From: Fistulifera solaris | Lineage: Eukaryota | DNA: 64,000 bases | Reading direction: 5' to 3' | Assembly: GCA_030295235.1 (NCBI GenBank) | Contig: AP026162.1 | Coordinates: forward strand, 62,001 to 126,000 | In this document: piece by piece, positions 1-11,675 of the stretch | How the letters are laid out: the number at the start of each line of letters is the position of its first letter | How positions within the stretch are numbered: the stretch's first letter is position 1 | Program-made: the position numbers and the translations under genes | The notes under the pieces: generated by a model | Database searches by the model: none | Told to the model about the DNA's origin: nothing | What the model saw: only the letters and a program-made list of their open reading frames with translations

Positions 1-359
1 ACTGCTGCGTCTTCAACGCACGATCGAAATTCGTCCGCACACGCAGAAATAGGCAAAGAAGGTGTCACCACTACACTTAGCTGTATTGTGCCAGTACCGA
101 TTCCAATGCAACGGCTCAATCGCTAAAATCCGCGAAGGTTCGTACGTCAATACGGCAAATGAATCTTTCTCGTTTTCCTCATCCTCATGCGATCGTCCAT
201 CCATTGCATTACCAGTATTTTTTCTTCACTTGCCCTTTCCAACAACAACGACAACTCGCTCGAGCTAGATACCCATTTTTGAATACTAGTCAATCAAACA
301 TCATTATTCTTCATTCTTTCAAGTCTCGCGTTCTGCTGCAACGCCCTCTTCTTCGTGTC

Positions 360-1870
360 ATGTCTTCAACAGCTTCGTCACCATCCTTCAAAACCATCAC
401 GGAAGGTTCGAGCCGCATGTGCTATCCGGCGGATCAAGAACAAGCCGTCTTTTACAATCCTGTACAAGTACAAAATCGTGATTTAAGTATTCTGATGATT
501 GCACTCTATCAAGAGCGATTGCAACAACGTCATCAAGAAAAACTCGAAAAACGAAATTATAGTGACAAAATGCCTCCGTACGAGGGAATTCGCATTCTCG
601 ATGCACTGGCTGCGTCAGGATTACGATCAATGCGATACATTCAAGAAATTGAGAATGTACAACATGTCACAATCAATGATTTAGAAGAGGCGGCGGTCGA
701 ACGGGCGCATCAAAATGTCAAAGAAAACAATTTACAAGATAAACTGGCTTCTTCACTCCAAGATCCGGGAATTTTCATACAACAAGCGGATGCCCGTGCG
801 GTCATGTATTCAAAAACAGCACAGTATCATGTCATTGACATGGATCCCTACGGCTCAGCGGCGTCGTTCCTAGATGCGGCGGTGCAGTGCGTCGAAAATG
901 GTGGTTTACTTTGCGTCACTTGCACCGATATGGCAGCCTTGGGCGGCAGTCACCCAGAAACTTGTTTTGGTCGTTATGGATGTATGCCCATTCAACGGTC
1001 CGGATACCTGCAAGAACTGGCCGTGCGAATTTTACTGGATTCGATATCCAAGTCAGCGGCGCGCTATGGACGGGTTTTGCGACCGATCCTATCGGTGGGG
1101 ATGGATTTTTACGTTCGTGTCTTTGCAGAGATCCACAACAGCAAAAGTGCTGTGAATACTTTGTCCCTCTCCACCGGATATGTTTTTCAATCCACACAAT
1201 GTCCGACATTTTATGTCGCGCCCGCTGGACAAACGGGGGCAACAAGAATAATGTGTATCAGGCAGGACGGTTGCCAACAATGGATGCGGCAATCGAAGGA
1301 ACCAACTGGAAAATAGCCGGTCCGATATGGTTGGGTCCATTGCACGACAAGGGTGTGATTCAAAAAGCTCTGCAAAAGTTACAGAAAATGCCTCATTTGT
1401 CCACAAAGGACCGACTCGAGGGGTTGCTGACGAGTTGTTCGGAGGAACTGGATGTTCCGCTTTATTACAACTTGCCCAGTTTGGCACAGTTTCTAGCTGT
1501 TTCGTCACCGCCCATGATGAAAATAAAAGCTGCTATAGTTAATGCGGGGTACAAAGTTTCAGGTTATCACAAAGAACCACAAGCTATTAAGACAGATGCG
1601 CCAAATCATGTTGTGTGGGACATCATCCGTGCATGGTGCGACACCCAGCCACCTCCTAAGAAAGCATCATCCAGTGCTTTGAAAATGCGTGCCGTGGAAC
1701 CTAAAATCAAAGTCAACTTTGCGATTCCTTCCTCGCTACCTAATCCAAAGAAATCAGAGATTCGACGATTTCCTCAAAATCCACAACCGAATTGGGGACC
1801 CAAGCCTAGGGCTACCGGTGTCAAGCGTAAGCTTTCCGCTGAAGAGAACGAGTTATCTCCACAAGAATGA
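360..1870 (+). CDS. TRM1: tRNA (guanine26-N2)-dimethyltransferase; apparent frameshift at the G run 1235-1239
   Basis: Motifs VFYNPVQVQNRDLS, ILDALAASGLRSMRY, IDMDPYGS, GGLLCVTCTD. The C-terminal half (GPIWLGPLHD, IKTDAP, NPQPNWGPK) continues in ORF 887..1870. Confidence 0.93.
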
Positions 1871-1952
1871 TCGAATAGACTTAAAGGGTAGATCTTTTTT
1901 TTTTTTGACACTGCGAGTATTCTGCTATGATAACAACTTGATCTACGATTTA

Positions 1953-3713
1953 TTACCAAAAGGATGGCTTGCCATTGTCGATGGGTGGAAACTCTTTACA
2001 AGGTATCTTGCTTGGTTTGTCTCGGTAGTGACATACTACCACGGGCTCTCTCACGCAACAGGTATCTAAAAGAGTCATGTCGCCACGCAGGACCTGGTCA
2101 GCGTCCGCGCCGGCAATGGCGGCTACCGGCTGTTGCACGCATTGGTCTTGTACATACCATTCTCCTAATTGCTGGAAGAATTTAATCTTGTTTTCCTTAC
2201 TGTGTGTCCAACTCATGTGGAATATATACGGTTTTTCGATTCCAGCTATTATATCTTTCATGAGTTCTTTCCGTCTGTGAAAGGCGTGGCCACCGGGAAA
2301 TTCATTTTCCGTTCGGGCAAATATCTTGACACGCAGTCCATACATCGAAGCGTGCTCTGTTAATAGTGCAACCAATGGCACTTGATGACTGTGTGTCGCA
2401 AAAATCAAATCTCCCGACATGAGAAAGCTGTTGAAGAAATGGACTGTTTTGTCATTGTTTCGAATGTAGTAGAATCCAGTATTTGCTGAATACGGTGCAT
2501 AAAACAAACCATGATTTCCATCATCTTGGAAGTATGCGTCGAAGCCGTAGTTTGGATTATTCGTATCGTGGAAAAAATCCAACGGATTTTGATGCCATAC
2601 GATGTCCACATCTTGAAATAGTATATCGTATCCCAGCATACTGATCATCTGCACGCAGTATACTTTTGCCAGCATCATGCTGGTGAAAGTGCTATCGGCA
2701 TATCGTCCCGCTGCCTCTTTGGGCATCGAACCGAAGTTGGTTTCATCGTAGAATGCAGCAACCCCATTGGCAATGGCCAGGTCTCGCGTTTCCTCGTCTG
2801 TCGCGAATACAAGCACACCATTCAGACTAATACCTTTACTTCGGGCTGAACAAATGAAATTCAACAGCAGTTCCGATTGTCCCAAGTTGCAAACGAGAAC
2901 GACGATGGAATTGTTGACGGCAACCTTTTCAGCAATTGGTTTCAATTGCGCCAACACCGAGTCCAGACTACCCAGGTACTGTCGAAGAATCTCCCAATAC
3001 TTGATTGTGTCTTCCTTGGAAGGCGGTTTTGTGGACTTTCGTCCAGAAGCCTGTGCTCCACGATTGACGAGACGCAACGGAGCCGAAGCGTCTAGTTTGC
3101 CGCCATCTTCGGGCAATCGCATGAATTTTTGAATGTGGAATGCTTCATACTGCCCAAATAATGCGACACATTGTTTTCGATTGCTAAAGTCTGTCAGGAT
3201 GACATTGAGATATTCGCAATTAGCGGTCGCTTCTCGTGAAGAAAGAGTTGGAATTGTTGTTTGCAAAGCTGCTTCAGCCGCTTTATAAAGATCTTTTGGA
3301 TGGGCCTTTTCACTGCTATAAAATATAAGTACCTCATTGTTCTGTGGAGTATCAGGATCAAGAGGAACACCCATATCAAATGTAGTCGCAAATTCTGTGC
3401 GAGGGACTCGTGCGACGCCTGTTGCAATTCCTTGCACCGAAGGAGGAAAACGGCTCGCTGTGTCATCTTTCAAGGTAGGTGTGTTCTCTAGTTTTAGCTT
3501 GAGAATCTGATTCTTGATTCCCTCCTCTATTCGTCGCTGGACTTCTTTTTCCGATGTAAACAGTTTCGAGGTCGAACCAATTAGAAATCCTAGATAGAAC
3601 ACCATGATGCCGAGAATGCAACCCATCGCAGTCGTTCTCAGAAATCCGTTCCCTTGTGGCGACGACCCGGAACGAGCCTTCCTAGGAGTCACAAGCACCA
3701 TGCTAGGAATCAA
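1953..3713 (-). CDS. Nucleotide-diphospho-sugar transferase family (GT77-like) type II membrane glycosyltransferase
   Basis: N-terminal TM helix, GYDILFQDVDIVW (DxD), ANTGFYYIR, IFHMSW. Confidence 0.8.
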   Translation of the reverse strand: MIPSMVLVTPRKARSGSSPQGNGFLRTTAMGCILGIMVFYLGFLIGSTSKLFTSEKEVQRRIEEGIKNQILKLKLENTPTLKDDTASRFPPSVQGIATGVARVPRTEFATTFDMGVPLDPDTPQNNEVLIFYSSEKAHPKDLYKAAEAALQTTIPTLSSREATANCEYLNVILTDFSNRKQCVALFGQYEAFHIQKFMRLPEDGGKLDASAPLRLVNRGAQASGRKSTKPPSKEDTIKYWEILRQYLGSLDSVLAQLKPIAEKVAVNNSIVVLVCNLGQSELLLNFICSARSKGISLNGVLVFATDEETRDLAIANGVAAFYDETNFGSMPKEAAGRYADSTFTSMMLAKVYCVQMISMLGYDILFQDVDIVWHQNPLDFFHDTNNPNYGFDAYFQDDGNHGLFYAPYSANTGFYYIRNNDKTVHFFNSFLMSGDLIFATHSHQVPLVALLTEHASMYGLRVKIFARTENEFPGGHAFHRRKELMKDIIAGIEKPYIFHMSWTHSKENKIKFFQQLGEWYVQDQCVQQPVAAIAGADADQVLRGDMTLLDTCCVREPVVVCHYRDKPSKIPCKEFPPIDNGKPSFW

Positions 3714-4660
3714 TCTATGAGGTAATAAAGTAAGTATTTCAACAAAGAAATTTTGTTCGCATGAGAGACTAAGTGATAAGACGGCAAAGAATGGTTATCT
3801 TTGTGAGCGTTTACAAAATCAAGTAGTTTCAATCAAGCAGGGGCGTGACCGCGACGATGCAAGTAAGGTCATGCTTGCGTCTGAATCGCGTTTTAATTTT
3901 ATTTGAGTCCCACTGATCACAAAAAGGAGCACACTTTTCGGACAGAGAGAAAGAGGAAGACGGTTCAAAGACTACTCTGTATCCTACAGTAGCTCTTGTC
4001 TTCATTATTACTATGGTGTAGTGTGTGTTTTCGCTTTTCGCTCTTAGCGATTGGACCAGATGACAGCGAACTAGATTGTAGCTTTAGATCCGGCATCCGG
4101 CATGTTCCAGTCAAGGTAGATGCACTTAAATCTTATAGGTAATACATAAGTCCAAAAGAAAAAAGACCACCAAACCTTTAACGCTTCTTTAATTATGGTT
4201 TTCTTGACATGGCCTAAGTGGGATAAAAGCTTTCTCGATTTCCGTTTTTCGCTTAACGATCAATGCGGCATTTCATTACTTAGAATGTCTCCCAATTCCC
4301 AATAGACAATAGACTATTTAGTAGAAAACAATTGTGACTGGTGACTTCAGGATTAGCTTAGAGGAGTCAGTAAAGTCTTGTGGATAGGGGGCAATAGTTT
4401 CGCCGAACTTTGAACAACTTTCATCTACTGTACTTTCAAGAGCATACGGTTTTTTCGGATTATTAACTTTAGCTATTGCTGTGCCAGGATACGCCGAGAA
4501 ACTATTTTTATTAGTCCGATGATCCGATGATGGTTTGCTCTTTTCCTTCATAATGATGTTCGCGTTGACAAGCAGCCCTATAATTTTGAAAAACACGCCT
4601 TGAGATTTTACAATTCACTCCTTCCTCGACACAATCTTGCAAACAAGAGAGCAAGCAGCA

Positions 4661-5200
4661 ATGAACCGATTAAAATTTCACAACATCAACATACCGACAC
4701 CTGGAAACATCTTGTCGGGGCTCCCACAAGACAATGTTCGGGCATTCATTGCAGACGAAAACAGAAAACATCGTATAGTCCTTTGGAGTGTCCGCAATAG
4801 TCCCTACTGCGCGGCAACCAAGAAGATTCTGCAACAATTCGGAGCTGTAGTTCATGAACTGGACGACTACAGCAACGGCGACCAAATTCAACGAGAGCTT
4901 CGGCGGCTGACTTCCCACGCCACCTTGCCTATTGTCTTTGTCGATGGCACCCATCTGGGAGGTTACGATGCCGTTCGGAGAGCCTACCAGAGCGGCGCCT
5001 TGCACCAGGATTTTAGTAACCCTGGCTGCTCGTCTTCGTCGTCATCTCTCGACTTTGCTAGCAACGACTGTCCTATTGAAGACTATTTTATCCCTCGAAG
5101 TATGTCCATGTATCCTCGCAAAGAAAGCTTAACGACAATAGCCGAGGCAGAGCGCGAAAGACGTATGGGAATACGATCGCACAGTTTAGGAACCTATTAA
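4661..5200 (+). CDS. Glutaredoxin-like protein with an atypical SPYC site and C-terminal extension
   Basis: IVLWSVRNSPYC...ATLPIVFVDGTHLGGYD matches the Grx fold; clear paralog of 7465..7888. Confidence 0.78.
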   Translation: MNRLKFHNINIPTPGNILSGLPQDNVRAFIADENRKHRIVLWSVRNSPYCAATKKILQQFGAVVHELDDYSNGDQIQRELRRLTSHATLPIVFVDGTHLGGYDAVRRAYQSGALHQDFSNPGCSSSSSSLDFASNDCPIEDYFIPRSMSMYPRKESLTTIAEAERERRMGIRSHSLGTY

Positions 5201-5458
5201 ATCACTTTGTTATTAGAATTTTCATACTAAACCTTTCTAAATCATTGATGATTTCTTACTTATCCTAAGCCATTACAGTAGCGAAAGACCGAGCGTAATG
5301 CCCCAAGAGAAACAACTTTTAACAGCGGATCTTACTTCTTTAGGGCGCTGTCAACTACCCTGCCGTATATCCTCAAATGATCTCTTCTCAGAAGAAACGG
5401 TATCGCACGCACTTCATCGCATCTTACGAATCTGAAAGATTCAGGTTCGTAATAATGA

Positions 5459-6463
5459 CTACAAGGGCGGCGGAGGAGGAGGTGGAGGCGGAGGAGGCAT
5501 CATAGGTGGCGGGGGAGGAACCGATGGCGGTGGCGGCCTGAAAAGAAGGGGGCCATAATTAGAAGACAAGAAAGACAATTGAGCCATCAAGTTGCCACAA
5601 TACTTACGGAGGAGGCGGTGGTGGCGGCATGGCAGTCAATGGCAATGGCGGGGGACTGTAAAAGGAGAAACAACAATACGTGAGAGCAAGGACTATATAG
5701 CAACAGCACAACACTGAAAGACGTACGGCGGCGGTGGAGGAGGCGGAGGTAAAGGAGCTACCATATCCGCATTGACATGAGCACTCGCAAACATATCATT
5801 GGGCCGAAAGAACGTAGTCGTAGCGCCCGCTGCAGCAGGCCTCTGTTGCGCTTCCGCTAACATTCGTTCGGCGCGTGTACCGTGACGTTCGTTGGTCGGT
5901 TTTCCATCGGCATCCTTCTTGAGTGCAAATTGGACCTGAATTTGCCGATTTCCCAAAAATTGCCCACTCATGAGCTCAATCGCGGTATCGGCTGACGCGA
6001 AATTATCGTAGGATACAAACGCAAATCCTTTGGATTCATTGGTTTGTTCATCTCGCACCATATAAGGCGGCTTGGTGAGAGTACCAAAGGCCGAAAAGGT
6101 ATCGTGCAACAATTGCTCATCAACCGTCTGAGGATCCAAGTTTCCGATGAACAAATTCGCGCCAATATCCGGCAGGGACTGATCCTGCAATGAGCTTTTC
6201 GAGACACGCAGTGGACGTCCCATAAGTTTGATCATATTGAGTATCGTAATCGCATAATCCGCTTCTACGACGTCTAAAAATTCGATGAATCCGTAGCCAT
6301 TGTGTGTCCCTGTGAGCTTATCTTTGGGCATATAAACCGATTGAACGCGACCCACTTGCACAAAGAGTTCCGTCAGCAATTCTTCCGTACAAGTAGGATC
6401 TAAATTTCCTACGTAAACGGTCGCATCTTGATTGCGATGCTCGACATGGGCGAGTGATGCCAT
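5459..6463 (-). CDS. SF3B4: Splicing factor 3B subunit 4 (two RRMs plus Pro-rich tail); introns 5656-5726 and 5538-5607
   Basis: RNQDATVYVGNLD, DYAITILNMIKL, GANLFIGNLDP, GTRAERMLA; GT-AG introns restore the poly-Pro tail to a TAG at 5459-5461. Confidence 0.93.
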
Positions 6464-6686
6464 CGGAGTTTATGCGTTGTTTGTGTGTGTTTTGCGTTTC
6501 GCCCTAGTTTTGCAATCGATCAATCACTTCTAATTTCAATGATAAGCAAGGATCGCGAGTGCATGTATAGTTGCTGTTTGTAGTACTTAGATGAAGACTG
6601 AAGCTAATAAAGTTAATTGCTATGAAGCTCATTTGTTGCATCCATCGCATCGCGTTGCGGTTGTGCGGATTGCGGACGAGGACGTC

Positions 6687-7113
6687 AAGGGGAATATAAT
6701 CTGGGGTGAATGCTCTGGTCTGTCCGGCGTTCTTTAACCCAAACGCTTGTTTTCGCGATAAGTGACACTTTCCGGGTTACTTCTACAAGTAACACCGTTC
6801 CGAAGTGCGAGAAGAGGCCCACCTTCATAACTAAATATCAAGGTCAGAAAATGGGGCTTAGCTCAGACTCGCTTCAAAAAATCATTTTTCTTCACATGAT
6901 AAAATAACAATGTCAAGAGCAAGTCTGAGCTAAGCCCCATTTTCTTATCTTCATAATCAACACTTAAGATGGTCCATTTTGCCGCGATGCTTCGCGATAC
7001 CTGTTTTGGCCGTCTGCCCTCCCCATAGCGTTTGACTTAAGGGACGCACGTCGGCAAGACGGTGTATTACGGAACCGGTACCCAGAGCAATGACCCCAGA
7101 TTAAATTCCCCTT
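6687..7113. mobile_element. Non-autonomous Mutator-like MITE, 427 bp
   Basis: ~32-bp TIRs (AAGGGGAATWTAATCTGGGGT...) and 9-bp TSD GAGGACGTC at 6678-6686 and 7114-7122. Confidence 0.85.
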
Positions 7114-7464
7114 GAGGACGTCGGCGGAAAGAGGCAAGAGGTCGAAGGAGAAAAAAGACGGTCAGTCCGTGCGTCCGTGTTCTTGTCCATGTTGTTTGTT
7201 GTGACTTGTGACGTGTTTCTAATGACTGGCGAGCAGACTGGCATACATTTGCGAAGAAAAGAACGTCATCGAAAAAATGGCGAGAACATCATCGACATCC
7301 GATCGATCCGATCAAACGAGAAAATGTCCCTACGCATGAATGAATCATCGTCAAACTTTTTATATTAATCCTTCGTTAGAATTCTCATAAAGAACTCTTT
7401 TGGCATTCTTATTTAGTCGTTGTGAGCGTTCTTACCTCACAATTCGAAATCATCCATTTCTTTC

Positions 7465-7888
7465 ATGGGAAGCTCTTCTTCGAAATCAACAAGAACGAAC
7501 ATGAGTGAATTGAAAGACTTTATTCAAAAAGAACACGACGCTTCTCCGGTCGTTGTATGGTGCGTCTCGTAAGCGCTATTTTTGTGTGTTGACTTGTCTT
7601 TTGTATCCCCCGTGCTTACCGGCACCTCTCATGCATTTTTGCAGGTCCAAGTCGTACTGTCCGTACTGTACGGCCACCAAAAATCTCTTTCAGAAACTAA
7701 ATGTTCCGCATAAAGTGCATGAATTGGATCAAATGTCGAATGGGAATGACATTCAAGCGGCTTTACAACAAATGACGGGACAGCGTACCGTACCGAACGT
7801 ATTTATTAAAGGAAAACATTTGGGTGGCAATGATGATACGCAAGCGGCGCACCGATCGGGTCATTTGCAGCAATTGTTGAGTCAGTAA
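7465..7888 (+). CDS. Dithiol glutaredoxin (CPYC); intron 7560-7644
   Basis: VVVW|SKSYCPYC, TGQRTVPNVFI, GGNDD; N-terminus MGSSSS. Confidence 0.92.
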
Positions 7889-8006
7889 AACAATACGATA
7901 CAATAGAAATAATACTTTGTGGTGTTTATCATCGATCCGACAACTATTAAATCACTTACGATTGACATCCTACATGTCTTTGAACAAAAATACCTCCACG
8001 AGTACT

Positions 8007-9300
8007 TTACGTGTAATGCATTTTGGGTGGAGGAGGAAATGGTAATGCGGATTGTGACGGTGGCCTTTGAAAGAGTGCTTCAGCTTCGGAAGTGCTTGTC
8101 GTAGTTGTTGTCACGGAGGTGGTTCGTATCGGCTCGACTACGGCCGGTTGTGTCGTTGTCGTTCTCGTTTCTGGAGGTGGCGGTTGCTTCTGTGGAATTT
8201 CAACTTCTTCCGCACTCTCTTCACTTTCATCGTCTTCTCCATGATCGACTTCCATTTCCAACTGAGGTTCTACTTCTAAAAGAGTCCGTGTAGGTGCAAC
8301 CGTCGTTTCCGGTGATTGGGCTTGTTGTGATTGTGATGTTGTCGGAGTGGGCAACACACCGACATATCGCACTTTACGTTCCACACTCGTCCCCTCGGTC
8401 GTTCGAGCTGATGAAGGCAATCGATGCAAATATCCCGTACCCACTTCAGCTCCTAACAATCCCTTTCCGCCCCACTCTAAAGTGGGCATCAGTGCCACGA
8501 CACGAACCATATCCGAATCCGTATTGTAAACGTACAATTCGACGACGTGATCTTCGTGTTGTCGCAGCAAAGTCGCTAACTCAGCACTCGAATTCAGTGT
8601 TTGATGTGTTGTACCCAGTAAAAAAGTCCTTGAAGGGTACTAATCCTGCAATGGCGGCCGGAGATTGTGGTTCTACTGTTAAAATACGAACCAAACGATC
8701 TTCAGCACCAGCATAGTTGTCCAATCGAATTGTGACTCCGAGTAAGCCTGCACCGCCCCATTGATCACTCGGCGTCAATTCTACCAGTCGCGCTTGTTGA
8801 CTTTTTTATATTATAAACCACTGCGCGGGAGGAATAGCATAGATGAGAAAGTGAAAATAAATCAAACATAAAGTTTAGAGGAACGTTTGCAAAGGTCATT
8901 TTCACTTGAAGCAAGAAAAAGAAGCAAGAAAATACAAGTGCCCCCTCTTCTTTTCGTTCCTCTAACCGAGACGACACTCCGCCGTGAACTTACAGAATTC
9001 CATGGGTTTTTCTTTGTATTCATTCAACAATGCCGGTAAATCGACGTCGTTGTATTCTTCACCCGGTTGTAGTCCTTCTCCACTTCCAAGCAACATTTGC
9101 CCTTGTGCACCGACCAGAAAGTCTAAAAATGATACTAAACCTGCTTTGGAAGCTGGTGAATTGGGCTGGACTCCTAGCACACGGTACCCTATTGTATCGA
9201 TGCCGTCAAAGGGGTCCAAAGCGTCGTCGTCATCGTCATGAAAATCGTTCTCGTTGTCGTTGACGTCTTGATAAGCGGCAGAGCCCTGTGCATTTCCCAT
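8007..9300 (-). CDS. Golgi reassembly-stacking protein (GRASP55/65 family); intron 8821-8993; apparent frameshifts at 8802-8807 and 8620-8625
   Basis: MGNAQG myristoylation start, GYRVLGVQPNSPA, WGGAGLLGVTIR, LYVYNTDSD, WGGKGLLGAEVGTGYLHRLP. Confidence 0.9.
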
Positions 9301-9468
9301 GTGAATGAAAGAGGTGACTGATGCTTTTAAGAAAGAGATTAAGAAAGTTTTGGAAAGTATCTATCGTTGACAACTAACAAAAACACAAACGCAACAAAGA
9401 CTTTTCCTCGATCGTCGCGTCTTTTATTGCTTGGATATGTCTACATGGCGCAACGTTTATTACGTCTA

Positions 9469-11659
9469 TCTCTCGACTTAGGGGGTGCTCTAAGGGGCCG
9501 CGCGCGAAGGCAGACGGTGAAGTTTTTGGAACCCGGACTTATGAAGGCCGTTTTGCTGCAAAAATTTTTTAGCCTTTACGGACGCACTTTGGACACCAAA
9601 AACAATCAACAGCATCACCGCCTCATCAGGCAGCTCGAACTCACTTTCAAGGAAGACGTGAGGTTCCTCGCTACCGTTTTCTGGTTGCAACGTCGACTTG
9701 CAATCAGGATTTGATATCAGAATCTTTTTGTTTGAATATCATTTTCTGGTTGCCGCTTTCAGGATTCGATCCAGTGGCGATGAACCTCCCGTCTTCCTGG
9801 GTACTTCCACATTTTTACTGTCCGGGTCAGCTGCTTCGCAGCGCATTATCACACTCTTGTCTTTTGGGGGCACGCGGGGGGTTGATGACTTGCCACCATC
9901 TGCTTCCTGCGTTTCGCGAAAGACGCTTTCATGCTTTTTGAGCTTATTTCCGCTCACCGAGCAAGCAACGGTTCTGTTCTTTTTGAGCCGTGGAGTCATT
10001 TGGACGAATTTGACTCTTGTTTTTCAACGGGTAATGAGGGAACGCGGTTCTCTTGTTGCTAAATTAGATCTTTTTTGCGTGCGACATTGACGTTCTGTCA
10101 CACGAGACAAAGAGTTGTAATCACAATTGTATCAGGGGATGTATCAAGCTTCGGTTTACTGTTTTTGAAGATCGGGCACTACTTCAAAAGCTTGAATGAT
10201 TTCCCTTTCTGGATATCCTATTACGGTAGAGGCTTTTACTACCGAAAATCATCTAAACTATTGCCGACTAAAGGTCATCTGGCGGAGTTGTTGCGGATTC
10301 CTTACGCGAGGCACACAAAGCAATCTACCAGAAACAGAAAACACAACAAAAATGCACAACAATACACTTATTCAAAACAATACACCTAGCATTCAAAGCA
10401 CTCATCATTTGATATTATTTGTCGGAAAATCAAAAGAAAAGTAAACCACAGTTCTGGTCGGAGTGGTATCGGCGTTTTGTGAAGGGGAATGACCTATACC
10501 ATGGCCTGAGTCCGACCAAAAGGGAAACTATTGGGGTACGAGGGGGAAGGCGCTCACTACGCCAACTGGGTACTGATCGCGTTTCTTTCGAGAGCTTCGC
10601 TATTTGGGTTTGGGGACCCGGAATTCGTTTTGAGTCCTGTGGCGGGACCCAATCTATGAGACATGCTTCGGCCTCCCTCATTTGAGCGAAGAGACAAGGT
10701 CCACTTGTGGAAATTGTCTCACTCAAGAATTCCTACGTTCCCTCTTCCACTGAGGTGATCTTTCAGAGGCTCGCTTTCAGCCGCGGTGGCTATTTACCTT
10801 CGAGCCAATAAGGTTCGGGGTTAGCACCCCCTCGTAGGAGACAGCCTTGTGCTGGCTCTTAACTCAGTAAAGTTTCACTTTATCCTACAGTTTGAGCGTC
10901 GGATTTCAAAGACTGAGCCGGAGGCAAGAGCGCAAGAATCCGGCAGTGCACCTATCGTGTCTCTCGACTTAGGGGGTGCTCTAAGGGGCCGCGCGCGAAG
11001 GCAGACGGTGAAGTTTTTGGAACCCGGACTTATGAAGGCCGTTTTGCTGCAAAAATTTTTTAGCCTTTACGGACGCACTTTGGACACCAAAAACAATCAA
11101 CAGCATCACCGCCTCATCAGGCAGCTCGAACTCACTTTCAAGGAAGACGTGAGGTTCCTCGCTACCGTTTTCTGGTTGCAACGTCGACTTGCAATCAGGA
11201 TTTGATATCAGAATCTTTTTGTTACCATCCCACCACCCGGTCCCCCCGTCTGCACCTCTTGTGGCCGGGGGAAGGCGCTCACTACGCCAACTGGGTACTG
11301 ATCGCGTTTTCTTTCGAGAGCTTCGCTATTTGGGTTTGGGGACCCGGAATTCGTTTTGAGTCCTGTGGCGGGACCCAATCTATGAGACATGCTTCGGCCT
11401 CCCTCATTTGAGCGAAGAGACAAGGTCCACTTGTGGAAATTGTCTCACTCAAGAATTCCTACGTTCCCTCTTCCACTGAGGTGATCTTTCAGAGGCTCGC
11501 TTTCAGCCGCGGTGGCTATTTACCTTCGAGCCAATAAGGTTCGGGGTTAGCACCCCCTCGTAGGAGACAGCCTTGTGCTGGCTCTTAACTCAGTAAAGTT
11601 TCACTTTATCCTACAGTTTGAGCCGGAGGCAAGAGCGCAAGAATCCGGCAGTGCACCTA
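9469..11659 (+). mobile_element. Non-autonomous element with split direct repeats A1-core-B1-A2-B2 (Ngaro/PAT/TOC1-like architecture)
   Basis: A1 9469-9732 matches A2 10960-11223 (264 bp). B1 10542-10954 matches B2 11267-11659, which lacks 21 bp and has one extra T. No RT or recombinase ORF seen. Confidence 0.7.
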
Positions 11660-11675
11660 CCAGGTACGGGCTTTA

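Noticed and set aside
1235..1239. Programmed ribosomal frameshifting in TRM1 and other split genes
   Set aside because: Shifts go in both directions, sit in homopolymers of unrelated genes, and fit sequencing error better.
9600..9635. Hammerhead ribozyme in repeat A (CTGATGA on the minus strand)
   Set aside because: No GAAA after a credible stem II and no stem I/III pairing found.
9367..11423. Short ORFs in the split-repeat element as gag, RT or recombinase
   Set aside because: No recognisable motifs; the duplicated ORFs just reflect the repeats.
9469..11659. Ordinary LTR retrotransposon or TRIM
   Set aside because: The two ends are different sequences (A versus B), with no TG..CA termini, PBS or 4-6-bp TSD seen.
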